Shown here piece after piece: positions 40,636 to 51,259 of a DNA stretch of 64,000 bases. A program made the translations under genes and the position numbers. Every line of letters starts with the position of its first letter. Positions within the stretch are counted from its first letter, which is position 1. The notes under the pieces are model-generated. The model had not been told where the DNA came from and did no database searches. It saw only the letters and a list, made by a program, of their open reading frames with translations. Source of the stretch: Wickerhamiella versatilis (lineage: Eukaryota); assembly GCA_030867685.1 (NCBI GenBank), contig JAQOWU010000008.1:2852001-2916000 (forward strand), written 5' to 3'.

Positions 40636-41712
40636 CTAACTTAAGAGAAGTGTTTTCGCCAGGGACTTTTCCTGATAAGTCCTTGATTCTTCAGCACTTG
40701 AAGGTGATGATGGCTCACCAAAAGAGGAGTTCTCACCAATTGAGCTACCTGAGCTAATGGGGTCCACAGTGGTACCCACGAGGCCGAGGTTTTTCTTATA
40801 CGAGAAAACCTGAGACCATATGTAGCCAACAGGTAGTAGCACAGCAGTCACTAGAACCGCGGAGCTACGAACCACGTCTGGTATACGCTTGCTACTCGCA
40901 CCCACAATCATGATCACGGATGGAATGACTGAATTCTGTAGGCTCATAAGTAGAATAATCTTGAATGGATTGATTGACTCGATGCCAAGCTGAGCGCGTT
41001 TGCGACATGCTAATACAAGTTTTACACATAATATTGCTGAGCAGACGGAGGTAGTTGCTGCAAAGCTTGGTGCGGTTCCATTGTATATCCCACGGAAGCT
41101 TTTGATATCTCCATACTCATTATATTGGGCCTTTTCTGGATGAAACATGTAGAGACTTGAGATAATAAGTTTGAAAAGCCAGATAAAACAACAAGGGAAA
41201 CAGCCGAGCGCCACTAAAGCATTCAGGGCAATGCGTTTTCTATACTGGATATCGGAGAAAGCCACCCAAATTTGGAAATTGAGTGTGGCTAGTAAGCTGA
41301 AAATCACCAGTGTGTTAAGGACAGAATCCGCAACATCAAGGCGCTTATTAGCATTGAGTGGTATAGCAGGTAGCACGAATGCCGTCACCGAATTAGCAAA
41401 ACTCTCCAAAAATGCCATGTATAGGCAGCTGCCTAGGAAGAGGAGAAGAAAGTTAATCTGGTACATTATGAAGAGAGCACTGCGATAAGAACGACCGATG
41501 AAAAAAAGCATCATACTCATTATTATGCAAATACCTAATCGAATGCCCATGAATATAGCAGTTCCTGTTATCTCTTTCTGATGAGTGTCCAGTAACGACA
41601 GCTTCATGCCCCATTCATTTCCTTGAAAGGCCACAACTAGTGTGGTGTTTTTGAGCTCTTGTGGTGGAACGTTTAAAAAATCCATTGCGATATGCATCTT
41701 CATTGGGCCCAT
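40636..41712 (-). CDS. STE2: alpha-factor pheromone receptor (7-TM GPCR)
   Basis: AIFMGIRLG, KLVLACRKRAQLG..NPFKIILLMSLQNSVIPS, LPVGYIWS. Confidence 0.88.
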   Translation of the reverse strand: MGPMKMHIAMDFLNVPPQELKNTTLVVAFQGNEWGMKLSLLDTHQKEITGTAIFMGIRLGICIIMSMMLFFIGRSYRSALFIMYQINFLLLFLGSCLYMAFLESFANSVTAFVLPAIPLNANKRLDVADSVLNTLVIFSLLATLNFQIWVAFSDIQYRKRIALNALVALGCFPCCFIWLFKLIISSLYMFHPEKAQYNEYGDIKSFRGIYNGTAPSFAATTSVCSAILCVKLVLACRKRAQLGIESINPFKIILLMSLQNSVIPSVIMIVGASSKRIPDVVRSSAVLVTAVLLPVGYIWSQVFSYKKNLGLVGTTVDPISSGSSIGENSSFGEPSSPSSAEESRTYQEKSLAKTLLLS

Positions 41713-43104
41713 TTAAATGTAAGTCATGAAATTGTGGGTCGCATGAACCCTAAGCCGCCTGAGGGCTTCCTTTCTGCTATTCACTGCAGGGTAAGAATTG
41801 GTATTTCTTTAGTAAATTGCTAAGATTATTTACTCTATTACCTATAAGCTACACCTTTTTTGTTCGCCATTTCCCTGCCTGTAGCCGTCTGAATCTCCTG
41901 CCAACTTCACACACTGAAGCTCGTGCTGCCACTCTAAGGTCCCTAAAGCGTTATTGCTGACTACTGTACAATGTTGGCCCTAACCCTCTGATGTCATTTC
42001 TCCATCCCTTATATTGAACAAAACTTGGTCAGTGAGCACAGAAAAATTGCACAGAAACATTTCTGAATTAATAGATAATACATAGTACAATTTAAGATGC
42101 TGTTGGCTGTCTGAAAATTCGCTAATATCTCATACACAGATCTTGTATTACTGATCGATATGTAGTCTGCTGTACCGAATGCGGATGAACCTATCGGCTT
42201 CTCTTCATAGCTGTCATAACATTAAAATAAGGGTGTAGGAACTAAGAGACTTTTTTGGAATATAGTGAGAGCTAGTCAAATTTATTGTTTATTACACTAT
42301 GAATTTTGCTACCAAAAATCTTGAGTTGTTGCATACGAGGACCTCAAAATTACCTTAGATGGAGTTGTTTTTTAGTATGATGGCCTTTTAGATATTAAGA
42401 GAAAAATAAAAGAGAAATCTTGATTATTTGCTTTCCGAGTCAGACTATTATTTGGTGGTAATATTTATTGTAGGTTTTTTCCCCTTGCATTGTTCACCTA
42501 GTCTCCTTTGACAACCCTTGCTCTAATTGAGTCCCTACTATCTTCATCGAATATATGAATTCCGGCTTAACGTATCATCATATAGCATCCAGGAGCATGC
42601 AGACGTTCGATCGGATATGACTGTTCTAGCATTTATCGTTATGTAAGTGAAGTAGTACAAGCGTAGCTCTGAATTGTTGAGATTGATTTTTTTTGGTTCA
42701 TAACAAATAAAAACTGAAGCATAATAATTCCAGCAAATATCTTATGGAGTTTCCTCAACGAGGCCGGCGCTAGGTGGCCGCGGCAGCGGCAGTGGCAGCG
42801 GTGTCAATGACAATGGCAATGATACCATAATCTAACAACTTAAACGATAATACCTAATATTCTGTATCCACAACATATTATTTAATGAAATACAAATGCT
42901 AGTGGCTCTCAGTATTGTCCACTTCCTATTGCACGTTAAAGCTTTTCCGTACCTCAATATGAGCGAGTCTAAACTCTTAATTTCTAACAGATATTTGACA
43001 CGCAGCTTAGTTTTCTCTACATCGTTTTCCGCCTCAGCATTTGCCATACTGGTATTGTTCTTAACGGTGCCATATACCAGAGTGCTTAGCTTAGCTTAGG
43101 TATC

Positions 43105-43749
43105 ATGTCTGAGCGGACACCTACGCCCCGGCGTAGCGTGTCGAATCTCAGCGTCCAGACGGCATCAACAACTCCACAAGGTTCTGCAACCGCGAAAAGA
43201 ACAGCCTCTATTTATGATCGAAGCCTTCACCGAGCTCGTAGCGACGTAAGCCTCTCTGCTTTTTCCTTTCTCTTCAGCGAGTCTGTGCAATATCTCCACC
43301 GGCAGTCTAAAGATATCAGCGAATTAGAACGACGCCTCAGTTTGTTGGGACAGCGCATTGGAATTCGCGCGCTTGAATACGTCACTTTACGTGAGGGCAA
43401 AGCTGCCAGACGAGAAACCCGTGTTCTCGGTATTTTGCAGTTCATCCATACTCAAGTTTGGCGCGTGTTGTTTGGCCGGCCAGCAGATGCTATACAAGTC
43501 TCTCCTGATGATTCCTCGAAGTATATGATCGTTGATAACGCACCTATTGTAACTGAATTCGTGAGTGTTCCTCGTGACATGAGCCAGCTGAGCTGTGCCG
43601 CTTTCGTTGCAGGTATCATAGAAAGCATCTTAACCTCATCGGATTTTCCCGCCGAGGTCTCAGCGTATTCCATGTCAACCCAAGAAGCCCCTGACCGAAC
43701 AGTCTACCTTATCAAATTTGAACCACATGTTATTGCAGAACGAGTATGA
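43105..43749 (+). CDS. TRS31: TRAPP subunit Trs31
   Basis: SIYDRSL..VSLSAFSFLFSE, RRETRVLGILQFIH, LSCAAFVAGIIE. Confidence 0.93.
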   Translation: MSERTPTPRRSVSNLSVQTASTTPQGSATAKRTASIYDRSLHRARSDVSLSAFSFLFSESVQYLHRQSKDISELERRLSLLGQRIGIRALEYVTLREGKAARRETRVLGILQFIHTQVWRVLFGRPADAIQVSPDDSSKYMIVDNAPIVTEFVSVPRDMSQLSCAAFVAGIIESILTSSDFPAEVSAYSMSTQEAPDRTVYLIKFEPHVIAERV

Positions 43750-43794
43750 CTAGAAAATAATCAACAGGGATTTCATGTATTTACACTAACTACG

Positions 43795-44361
43795 TTACAA
43801 GCTTTTTATCTCATTTGACAATAGTTCTGCCATAAAGTCTGTATCATCTGGGATACTATCAATTAAGGTGTCGTCAAGAACCTTACGCATCGAATATGCA
43901 TCTTCGCCGTCAGCGTAGTATCCCGATGCAACCTCAAGCACCTCAAACTGAAGAGAATCACGGTAAAGATGTAATGCAGCCTGGTTGCTCTTGCGGACGT
44001 GCAGTGAAACTGATTCTGCCCGATAGCTCTCTCGCATGCTTCGCAGACATTGCCGCAGAAGCTTTGCTGCAAGGCCGAGTCTGCGATAAGACCGCATTAC
44101 ACTGATGCTTGTTATATGGGCTGCTGGAGGTGCGTCTGCTGGACGCTCTGGATTATCATCCTCCATTTTGGCAAGAACATAGCCTACAATTTTTTCTTTG
44201 CCCGCTACCGGGTCAACAACCGTGGCCACGTATGAACCATGTGGCCAGGAGATCCCATGGTATAGTATATATTTGAATGTATAGTTTTCAGGAAGATTCG
44301 CAAGGTTTGCTTGCTGTATTGCCTGCAAATCTGAGACGCTCGCAGGACGGATATCCAGCAT
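43795..44361 (-). CDS. ARD1: NatA catalytic subunit Ard1/Naa10
   Basis: NLPENY, HITSISVMRSYRRLG, SLHVRKSN, YYADGEDAY. Confidence 0.95.
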   Translation of the reverse strand: MLDIRPASVSDLQAIQQANLANLPENYTFKYILYHGISWPHGSYVATVVDPVAGKEKIVGYVLAKMEDDNPERPADAPPAAHITSISVMRSYRRLGLAAKLLRQCLRSMRESYRAESVSLHVRKSNQAALHLYRDSLQFEVLEVASGYYADGEDAYSMRKVLDDTLIDSIPDDTDFMAELLSNEIKSL

Positions 44362-44630
44362 TAGTCACGCAAATGGCGAATTCAGAATTAGACTAGCTGT
44401 CGTGAGCTGCTTTAAAGATACAATTATTTTAGCAATAATTTTTTCCTTTTTTTCTACAAGTGATAATGCTTATTTGTGGGCTCTCCCTCAAAGTTTGCGC
44501 TAGTGTCTTAAGATTAAAGTTTTCCTCTCAGGCTCACCGAGTTTGCAGTGTGCAGCAGATATGCACTGACTAGTATAAAGAAGACGAATTATTCAGTAAC
44601 TTGAAAAAAAAATAACAATCTAAGCTTCAA

Positions 44631-45221
44631 ATGCTCTTTCGCTATTTCTCACTTTTGTCCCTTTCTCTTGCAGCCGACAATAGCGGAGTGCCTGATGGAT
44701 TTAGGGGTGCCATCACAAATGCTAGACAGACCGTCGATACTCTAAATGGAGAGATGAAACGTTCAGATGGTCATCCAACAGAAGACCTTGTCGATGCTGT
44801 TATCACCGGTCTAGATAGTCAAATTGACAACGTCGCCGGTACCCTGTCAACTGGCCTCAATGGGGTTACTCTAGGAGTATCTGGCGATATCGGTGACTTT
44901 CTACTTGGTCCTTTCTTCCAAAGTGTCACTAATGGCGTTGAGGTCCTTATCTCTAATGCCGTAGGAGGAGGAGTGGACCTTGTGACTCAACCGGGCATCC
45001 GTGCTCTGTCGAACTCAATCGACAGCTTGTCCCATGCGTCTCAGAAATATATAAACACCTCAAAATTCGATTCAGAAAACAGTAAGTTGAAGTCTTTGAT
45101 TGCTAACCCTCAGCAGGCATCGTCCAGCATCAAACAGTCAATGGCTGGCGCAACTGCGACGATGGCTCAAGTGACATCTTCTGGTCCTGCAAGAGCAGTT
45201 TCTACTTCAAAATCAAATTAA
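44631..45221 (+). CDS. secreted/cell-wall protein of unknown function
   Basis: Signal peptide MLFRYFSLLSLSLA; TATAAA at ~44574; helical G/S/T-rich body. Confidence 0.65.
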   Translation: MLFRYFSLLSLSLAADNSGVPDGFRGAITNARQTVDTLNGEMKRSDGHPTEDLVDAVITGLDSQIDNVAGTLSTGLNGVTLGVSGDIGDFLLGPFFQSVTNGVEVLISNAVGGGVDLVTQPGIRALSNSIDSLSHASQKYINTSKFDSENSKLKSLIANPQQASSSIKQSMAGATATMAQVTSSGPARAVSTSKSN

Positions 45222-45277
45222 CATCCTATATCATAATCATAAATAGATTAGAGCAGACATAGCGACCTGCAGGTCGC

Positions 45278-46159
45278 ATGACTACCACCGGTATCAATGA
45301 ATTAATGTGCAAATTTAGCGGCATCGCTGCAGTTGCTGCAGTCACGCTATGGCTTTTCAACATCCAGCCAGTAACGCGCGTAGTTCACCCTGGGAAGCTA
45401 CGACGGGCAATAAGATGGTATGCTGCATCAGCACTCCAAAAGGCTCTGGTTCTAAAATACGATCATTCTTTCTCTTTAAACTTCGAGGGCGATAAAATCG
45501 ATCCAAGGGAAAGTGCGATCATTATTGCAAATCACCAAAGCGTGGTCGACTATTGGGTATGTGCTGCAATAGCTGAGAAGTTGGGCGTTGGCGCTGACGT
45601 CTATTTCTACATAAACAAGAAATGTGTTCATTTTCCAACTCTTCACACAGCTTTGTATAGCTTAAGAGGAAGAGCTAACTGGACTACACCCAATTCCTTA
45701 TTGGACAAGGTATTTGAAGACCCACTTCATACACCAAAAAGTCGATCGAAATGGATAGTGGTTTTTCCAGAAGTAGCCTCATGGTCCCCTGAGGAAATGA
45801 GGCAGCACCAGTTGCTCTGTGCCGCAAATGGTGCTCCACTACTTAAACATTTATTATACCCGAGATTTTCAGGATTTGTTCAAGCCGTCGATTTTTTCAG
45901 AGACCTCGACATAAATGCGATATACGATTTAACAATATGCTATTCTCATGAATCACAGCCAGGCATTCCGGTCAAGCCTGGTATTACTGCATCCCTCGTG
46001 AGCCAGCACGAGTGGTGTATCGATGTCGTCACGAAACGTTACAAGATGTCAGGATTACCAACAAAACAGAAGAGGTTGATCAAATGGCTCGAAAAGCTCT
46101 GGTATCGTAAAGATCAAAAGTTTGAGAAAATATTTCGCGCTAAATCACGTAGGGCGTGA
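45278..46159 (+). CDS. PlsC-family acyltransferase (Mum3/Cst26-like)
   Basis: NHQSVVD (HX4D), VFPE, LLYPRFSG, IYDLTICY, WLEKLWYRKD. Confidence 0.8.
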   Translation: MTTTGINELMCKFSGIAAVAAVTLWLFNIQPVTRVVHPGKLRRAIRWYAASALQKALVLKYDHSFSLNFEGDKIDPRESAIIIANHQSVVDYWVCAAIAEKLGVGADVYFYINKKCVHFPTLHTALYSLRGRANWTTPNSLLDKVFEDPLHTPKSRSKWIVVFPEVASWSPEEMRQHQLLCAANGAPLLKHLLYPRFSGFVQAVDFFRDLDINAIYDLTICYSHESQPGIPVKPGITASLVSQHEWCIDVVTKRYKMSGLPTKQKRLIKWLEKLWYRKDQKFEKIFRAKSRRA

Positions 46160-46802
46160 AAACGTTTGGACCGCCATCTTCTGTATGCCTAACAACGCCA
46201 GCGGCCCACGCCATGGGAAGTTGCGGTGGTGCAGAGCTATTCATAAGTTTCTGTCGCTCTCTCCAGTCTTTGTGAACTTGGCATTCATCGATAGTATTAG
46301 TGCAACCTAAACAGTTGCAGAGCCCATTGTCAGTATCACCATTGTGCAATTTGGGTGTATTGTCGGACGTTTCCTTCTCAGTTTCACCCGCTTCCTCCGC
46401 CTTCTCTGCTGCTGGTTCAAGTTCCCTGAATGCTTGAGCATCTTTCGCAGAATCAAAAAGTGTGGACAGATCCTGAGGGTCGACAGCCTCCGCCCGCTCA
46501 ATTGCCAAACGAAAAAATGCAATACCGTGGTCATCACAGCAATATTTAGAGCGCTCAGAAACACGCGCTGGTTGCCAGCAATCCGGTAGTCGGCATTTTC
46601 TTTTCCAAACTGGCGTGAGGGCGAATTTGCGACAACACTCTCCGCAATACCAGTACAGAGCAAGTCCCTCAGCTTCTTCAGCAATTCCCATACACCTGCC
46701 ATGGAAATGCTTATCACAGCGGTCGCACTGTATCATGTAGCGGCCATCTGATGATACGCGGCACAGGTTACAGACCAGATCGTCAGTTGATTTCGGTGCC
46801 AT
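46140..46802 (-). CDS. SPP1: COMPASS PHD-finger subunit Spp1
   Basis: PHD finger (MIQCDRCDKHFHGRC), WKRKCRL..SKYCCDDHG, C..HKDW. Confidence 0.85.
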   Translation of the reverse strand: MAPKSTDDLVCNLCRVSSDGRYMIQCDRCDKHFHGRCMGIAEEAEGLALYWYCGECCRKFALTPVWKRKCRLPDCWQPARVSERSKYCCDDHGIAFFRLAIERAEAVDPQDLSTLFDSAKDAQAFRELEPAAEKAEEAGETEKETSDNTPKLHNGDTDNGLCNCLGCTNTIDECQVHKDWRERQKLMNSSAPPQLPMAWAAGVVRHTEDGGPNVFTPYVI

Positions 46803-46828
46803 GTAAGGGCTAGGGGAAATACATACGC

Positions 46829-49255
46829 TTAAGTTCTGTTAAATTGACGCATATCATTTAGGGCTTGAAGTTTGGTCAATGCCAAAGATAGCAATTCCTG
46901 ACGACGCTGCAGGTCGATATGACTTTTTACACGAGGGTTTTGGGCCGCTAGTACCTCGACCTCATCCTCGGATAATGCTTGAAACTGGGCATCCAATGTT
47001 CGGGGAAACGAGTAGTAGAAGTCACTCAACAATTCAAAATTGAGAAATAGTACTGCAGTAGCCGTCAACTTACTTGCAACGCCATCAAGGAAAATCTCAG
47101 GGCACAGAGCCTTATTACCAGGTGTTTTGCATTTGGAACTTCGTAGAAAAGAGATGCGCATTCGCAGCAAGTCTGCCCGCTCATTCAAAAATTGCGCAGT
47201 ATATCCCTTTTCAATCATTGCATCGCTAAATCCACCTGCATGATCTGGTAAGGCACGAACAAGTCGATTTAGTGTGCTAGATCCGACATTCTGTTTCAAG
47301 GTATTGATCGCAGCTTCACATTGCCTTAGTTCTTCTTTCATTAAGTTGTAAGTATACTCTTGGGATTTACTCCATTCACGTGCATCGATTTCAACCTCAT
47401 ATTTATATGGTTTTACGGCACTTTCGATCTGATCAGCAGTAACAAAAAATTTAGACTGTAGCAATTCATCCGTAGAGTCCCTGATAATTTTCTTCGCCAA
47501 CGGATGATTGGCAAACGGCGTCTCGTTCACTATTTCATTCATTCGATCATGCACAGCTTGCGAAAGTAAGCTGGTAGATAACCGGCCAATTCCCAATTTC
47601 GTCAAAGAAGAAGCCACAGCATCAAGTCGTATTTGCCATAGATAAACATCAGGTTTTGACGCACCTAAATCACTCAGTCTTACGTTGTTTGGATCAGCAC
47701 CGCGTGGCGCATTCCAATAGTTCTCAGCAAGCAGATTAAGAACTCTCTGGTCGAGGTCACGCTTAACGAGCTCTTTCACCTCATCACGGCCGAAATCCTT
47801 CGCCATCTGTTGGAAACGAATCTTAAGGGAGTCTGTGGCTTGCGCCAAGTAAGTCTTTGGAGTTAGGAAACGGTCATTATATTCAACTTTGAACTCATAG
47901 GCGGTTTCTTCCAGCTCACGCCGAATGGCCAAGCTAGCAGGTATGAGACTTGCTGCCATACTTTTTTCGAGTACATGCATGAGCTTAGAGCGTAATGTTA
48001 GCACTCCCACACTTAGACCTTGGTAGTCCGGTCCAAAAAAACCTTTCTCGACCTTAGCAACCTGCTGTGTCAAATTCGATGACTGCCCTGTTCCACGAGT
48101 TATCACACCAACATATCCCATTCTCAGAGGATATTCACGATTCGTCAAAATTTCCGCCCCCCGTTCTTGGTCCACCAAGTCCATCTTGGTTATGACGCCA
48201 ATCGTTCGTTCGCCCTTTGGGTCAACTCTACGACTAGCTCGAAGCGCTGCGGAGTTGGCCAGGTCTACATCAGCTGCAGAGACAGCCAATATTATATTCG
48301 GATGTTGAATGTATTTCTCGCATAGCTGCGAGATCCGCGCCTTGAGCTCAAGCGGCTGACCCGATGCCACGACCTGGATGTATCCCGGCAGGTCAATCAT
48401 TGTCAAATCTGGAACATTGGGAGAATATATCCGAAGTTGTATAGGATCATCGCTCACCACCTGATCGTCCCTGACGGAAAGATTAAGATTTGTGAGTGTA
48501 CGCTGGACCATACTAAAGTCTGTGAGATGGTTGAGTTTAAGCGCAGGAAACTCACAGAACTCAGCTGCACTACCCGGGGTATGCACAAGAGTCAACTCAA
48601 TAGGCCGTCGAGTCACCATATTATTACCCTTGGGTAGGAACTCGTGTCCGACAAGCGCCTCGAGGACAGAGCTCTTACCGCCAGATTGCGAGCCTATCAC
48701 TACTATAGATGGCAATTGGACATTGTCAACGCTGTCCAACTGCGATAATATATTTCGAATTTCAATCATCTGCTTCGTCAAGTTGATCATGCTATTATCC
48801 CCCTCAATTTCAAGCCCATTATCACTCTCATCCTTCTCTTCTTCATCACTTATGGCCAATGTTATTGCTGGTGTTGGGTCCTCATTGTTTTTCGGCGGCT
48901 GTGGGGAGCTGTCGCCACGTGAGCCGCTAGAACCTTCATTGGTGGTATCACCAGGACCTCCTGGACCACTGGCATCCGAATTATTCAAATTTTCCTGCCA
49001 TCGATCCCAAACACCTCCTAGCCACTCTTTTGCATCACCTATTGTGCCGGATGCGCCGCTTGTAGCCTCGTCCACCTTGTGATTCAGATATGCAGCACTG
49101 CCGGCAGCAGCACCCGCAGCAAGGGCAAATCCCGAGCGAGCAACTCGAAATAGGGGTCCCAAAAGATACCTACGCTGGATCACTAAACGGCGTTGTTGCA
49201 GTACTGGAAGCAAGGGTGGACGGCGTAATGCCAGCCCACGCCCAGCTCGAAGCAT
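46829..49255 (-). CDS. MGM1: mitochondrial dynamin-like GTPase Mgm1
   Basis: LPSIVVIGSQSGGKSSVLE, TRRPIELTL, DLPGYIQ, CPEIFL; presequence. Confidence 0.95.
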   Translation of the reverse strand: MLRAGRGLALRRPPLLPVLQQRRLVIQRRYLLGPLFRVARSGFALAAGAAAGSAAYLNHKVDEATSGASGTIGDAKEWLGGVWDRWQENLNNSDASGPGGPGDTTNEGSSGSRGDSSPQPPKNNEDPTPAITLAISDEEEKDESDNGLEIEGDNSMINLTKQMIEIRNILSQLDSVDNVQLPSIVVIGSQSGGKSSVLEALVGHEFLPKGNNMVTRRPIELTLVHTPGSAAEFCEFPALKLNHLTDFSMVQRTLTNLNLSVRDDQVVSDDPIQLRIYSPNVPDLTMIDLPGYIQVVASGQPLELKARISQLCEKYIQHPNIILAVSAADVDLANSAALRASRRVDPKGERTIGVITKMDLVDQERGAEILTNREYPLRMGYVGVITRGTGQSSNLTQQVAKVEKGFFGPDYQGLSVGVLTLRSKLMHVLEKSMAASLIPASLAIRRELEETAYEFKVEYNDRFLTPKTYLAQATDSLKIRFQQMAKDFGRDEVKELVKRDLDQRVLNLLAENYWNAPRGADPNNVRLSDLGASKPDVYLWQIRLDAVASSLTKLGIGRLSTSLLSQAVHDRMNEIVNETPFANHPLAKKIIRDSTDELLQSKFFVTADQIESAVKPYKYEVEIDAREWSKSQEYTYNLMKEELRQCEAAINTLKQNVGSSTLNRLVRALPDHAGGFSDAMIEKGYTAQFLNERADLLRMRISFLRSSKCKTPGNKALCPEIFLDGVASKLTATAVLFLNFELLSDFYYSFPRTLDAQFQALSEDEVEVLAAQNPRVKSHIDLQRRQELLSLALTKLQALNDMRQFNRT

Positions 49256-49601
49256 GACAGTCGCGTAAGCGACTATCCTTTCATATTAAAAACGACTACG
49301 GCGGGAAGGCCTATGCGTATAAGACCTTGCAACTGTTTTATTTTTATCAAAATGCTTTCTATATGATATTCCCTTTAGACCCTACAGCTTATGCCAGCAT
49401 TCATCGCATGAATGACTATTCGTCGATGATTCCATGCAGGGAGGTAACAAGCATAGCGTGGTGTGCTAGTTTATAGAAGCATCAGGGATGGAAATTGACT
49501 AACAAAAATAAAATACTTATAATTAATTTTAGTTCGACTATGATATTGTAATGATCAAAACCCATCCTGCTGTCGTCGATTGAATCCTGACTAATATTTA
49601 T

Positions 49602-49844
49602 ATGTTCGGGCTTGGTCGTCTCCTCTATGTTGCCATTCTGCTCCTAAACTCGGTGGCTATCCTGAGTGAGGAGCGCTTCATTGCTAGACTGATCGGGGAT
49701 GAAACACCAGCATTCGGTCAGTCATCTGAGGAGGGCTTTAAGACACGACTACTTAGCCTCATCCGAAGCATTCGAACAGTAACGCGGCCTGTCCTCATAG
49801 GGGCAAACATTTTGGTTGTCGCTTATGAACTAATTTTGGGATAA
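49602..49844 (+). CDS. YOS1: ER-Golgi transport protein Yos1
   Basis: LLLNSVAILSEERFIAR..YELILG. Confidence 0.92.
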   Translation: MFGLGRLLYVAILLLNSVAILSEERFIARLIGDETPAFGQSSEEGFKTRLLSLIRSIRTVTRPVLIGANILVVAYELILG

Positions 49845-50672
49845 ACGGCCCTTTTCTATGTGTGCTTGCCATTCCTGTAAGGACATGGATTGAGCCATTC
49901 GCTTCAAGAACAAAATAGCTAATGGTGCATATGACTGCCGTCGTAATGCGTTTTGACGCATATTCCGAGCTCTGGTCTCTTCCAGCTCAGATATTTTTAC
50001 GGGATCATCACTGTAGACTTGCCGCTGGTCGGCCTGACAACTTAAGACAGAGAATCGTAGTTCATTATCTCCAAACGATGCAAGACGAGCTTGTAGGACT
50101 TCACTGACACGTTGAGGAAAGTCTTCACAAGGCCCATGGTCAATAGGAAATTGTTGGAGACCATCTAGTTCATAGAGACGACCATATATTGGTACATAGG
50201 CAACATAATGGTAGGCCTCGTCAGAGACGCGCGCAGGCGCAATCTCATCACTCACGAACATAACGGGACTGCTCATAGAGTTATGCAGCTCCCTCAATGT
50301 CTCATCACCAGCTACAACCTGTCCTCTCATTGAGGGATCAAAATCAGCTGTGAATTCCCCAAGTCGATCGAGAATCTCTCCATGCGGAACGGAAATGTTC
50401 ATGACCATATGTAGCAGTGCCAGCGTAGCACAGGCATTGTTAACAACCTGATGTGCGAACCATACTGGTGCTTCAGGCTGTGGCATTCCTGCACGTTCCA
50501 CGGGTGCCGTGGCGTGATTAAAGAGAAGCAGGACCCCATATAGCCCATTTATCTGTGAAAGTTCTGTTGCGTCCACAGAGAGAACTTCATCAAATTCGAC
50601 ACCAACAACACCAATCCGCTCTACAAGCTCGGTAAAAAGACCGGGATCTGATTCAATAAGCTGCCAATCCAT
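49830..50672 (-). CDS. ubiquitin C-terminal hydrolase, UCH37/Uch2 type
   Basis: WQLIESDPGLFTEL, QVVNNACAT, YHYVAY..LYELDGL, C-terminal ENALRR-like helix. Confidence 0.88.
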   Translation of the reverse strand: MDWQLIESDPGLFTELVERIGVVGVEFDEVLSVDATELSQINGLYGVLLLFNHATAPVERAGMPQPEAPVWFAHQVVNNACATLALLHMVMNISVPHGEILDRLGEFTADFDPSMRGQVVAGDETLRELHNSMSSPVMFVSDEIAPARVSDEAYHYVAYVPIYGRLYELDGLQQFPIDHGPCEDFPQRVSEVLQARLASFGDNELRFSVLSCQADQRQVYSDDPVKISELEETRARNMRQNALRRQSYAPLAILFLKRMAQSMSLQEWQAHIEKGRLSQN

Positions 50673-50725
50673 ATCTTTAACTTAGTGAAAAGGCGGTTCG
50701 GACCACCTGTGTCGCTAAGTCAGCA

Positions 50726-51163
50726 ATGGCCAAACCGAAGAGCCTGAATCATTTTGTGAAGCTGATTGTTGGCGCTGGTCAGGCGTCACCACAGCCTCCA
50801 GTTGGCCCTGCTCTAGGATCTAAAGGTGTCAAGGCTATCGATTTTTGCAAGGACTTCAATGCACGCACGGCTCATTATATTCCAGGCACCCCTGTACCTG
50901 CACATGTTACTGTTCGGCCGGATAGATCTTTTTTGTACGAGCTGAAGTCCCCGCCAACAGTATGGCTGCTCAAGCAAGCAGCAGGTGTTGAAAAAGGAGC
51001 ACCAGATGGCAATACCACTGTTGGGCAGGTCAGCCTTAAACATGTTTATGAAATCGCTAAAATCAAAAAGACAGACGATCGTCACAAGCAGCGCCACCTT
51101 GAGGCAATCGTAAAATCTATCCTGGGTGTGGCAAAGTCTTGTGGGATCAAGGTTGTTGCATAG
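50726..51163 (+). CDS. MRPL19: mitochondrial ribosomal protein uL11m
   Basis: [32 protein letters not shown]. Confidence 0.94.
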   Translation: MAKPKSLNHFVKLIVGAGQASPQPPVGPALGSKGVKAIDFCKDFNARTAHYIPGTPVPAHVTVRPDRSFLYELKSPPTVWLLKQAAGVEKGAPDGNTTVGQVSLKHVYEIAKIKKTDDRHKQRHLEAIVKSILGVAKSCGIKVVA

Positions 51164-51259
51164 AAACCATATGACCGCCGGTGCAAGTATGTCTACCCAA
51201 GCGACCACATAATAACTTAGACTTTCAGAATTTACCTAGTAGTTATATTGTACATAATG

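Noticed and set aside
34966-41712. KEX1-AXL2-STE2 as a mating-type locus
   Set aside because: No HMG, alpha-box or homeodomain MAT genes and no SLA2/APN2; proximity alone is insufficient.
42832-43099. Two short overlapping ORFs (71 and 67 aa) upstream of TRS31, possible pheromone genes
   Set aside because: No CAAX and no Kex2-repeat structure; AT-rich non-coding composition.
49380-49601. 5'-UTR intron or snoRNA upstream of YOS1 (GACTAAC..TTTTAG, small hairpins)
   Set aside because: No canonical donor and no proper C/D or H/ACA boxes; YOS1 is complete without splicing.
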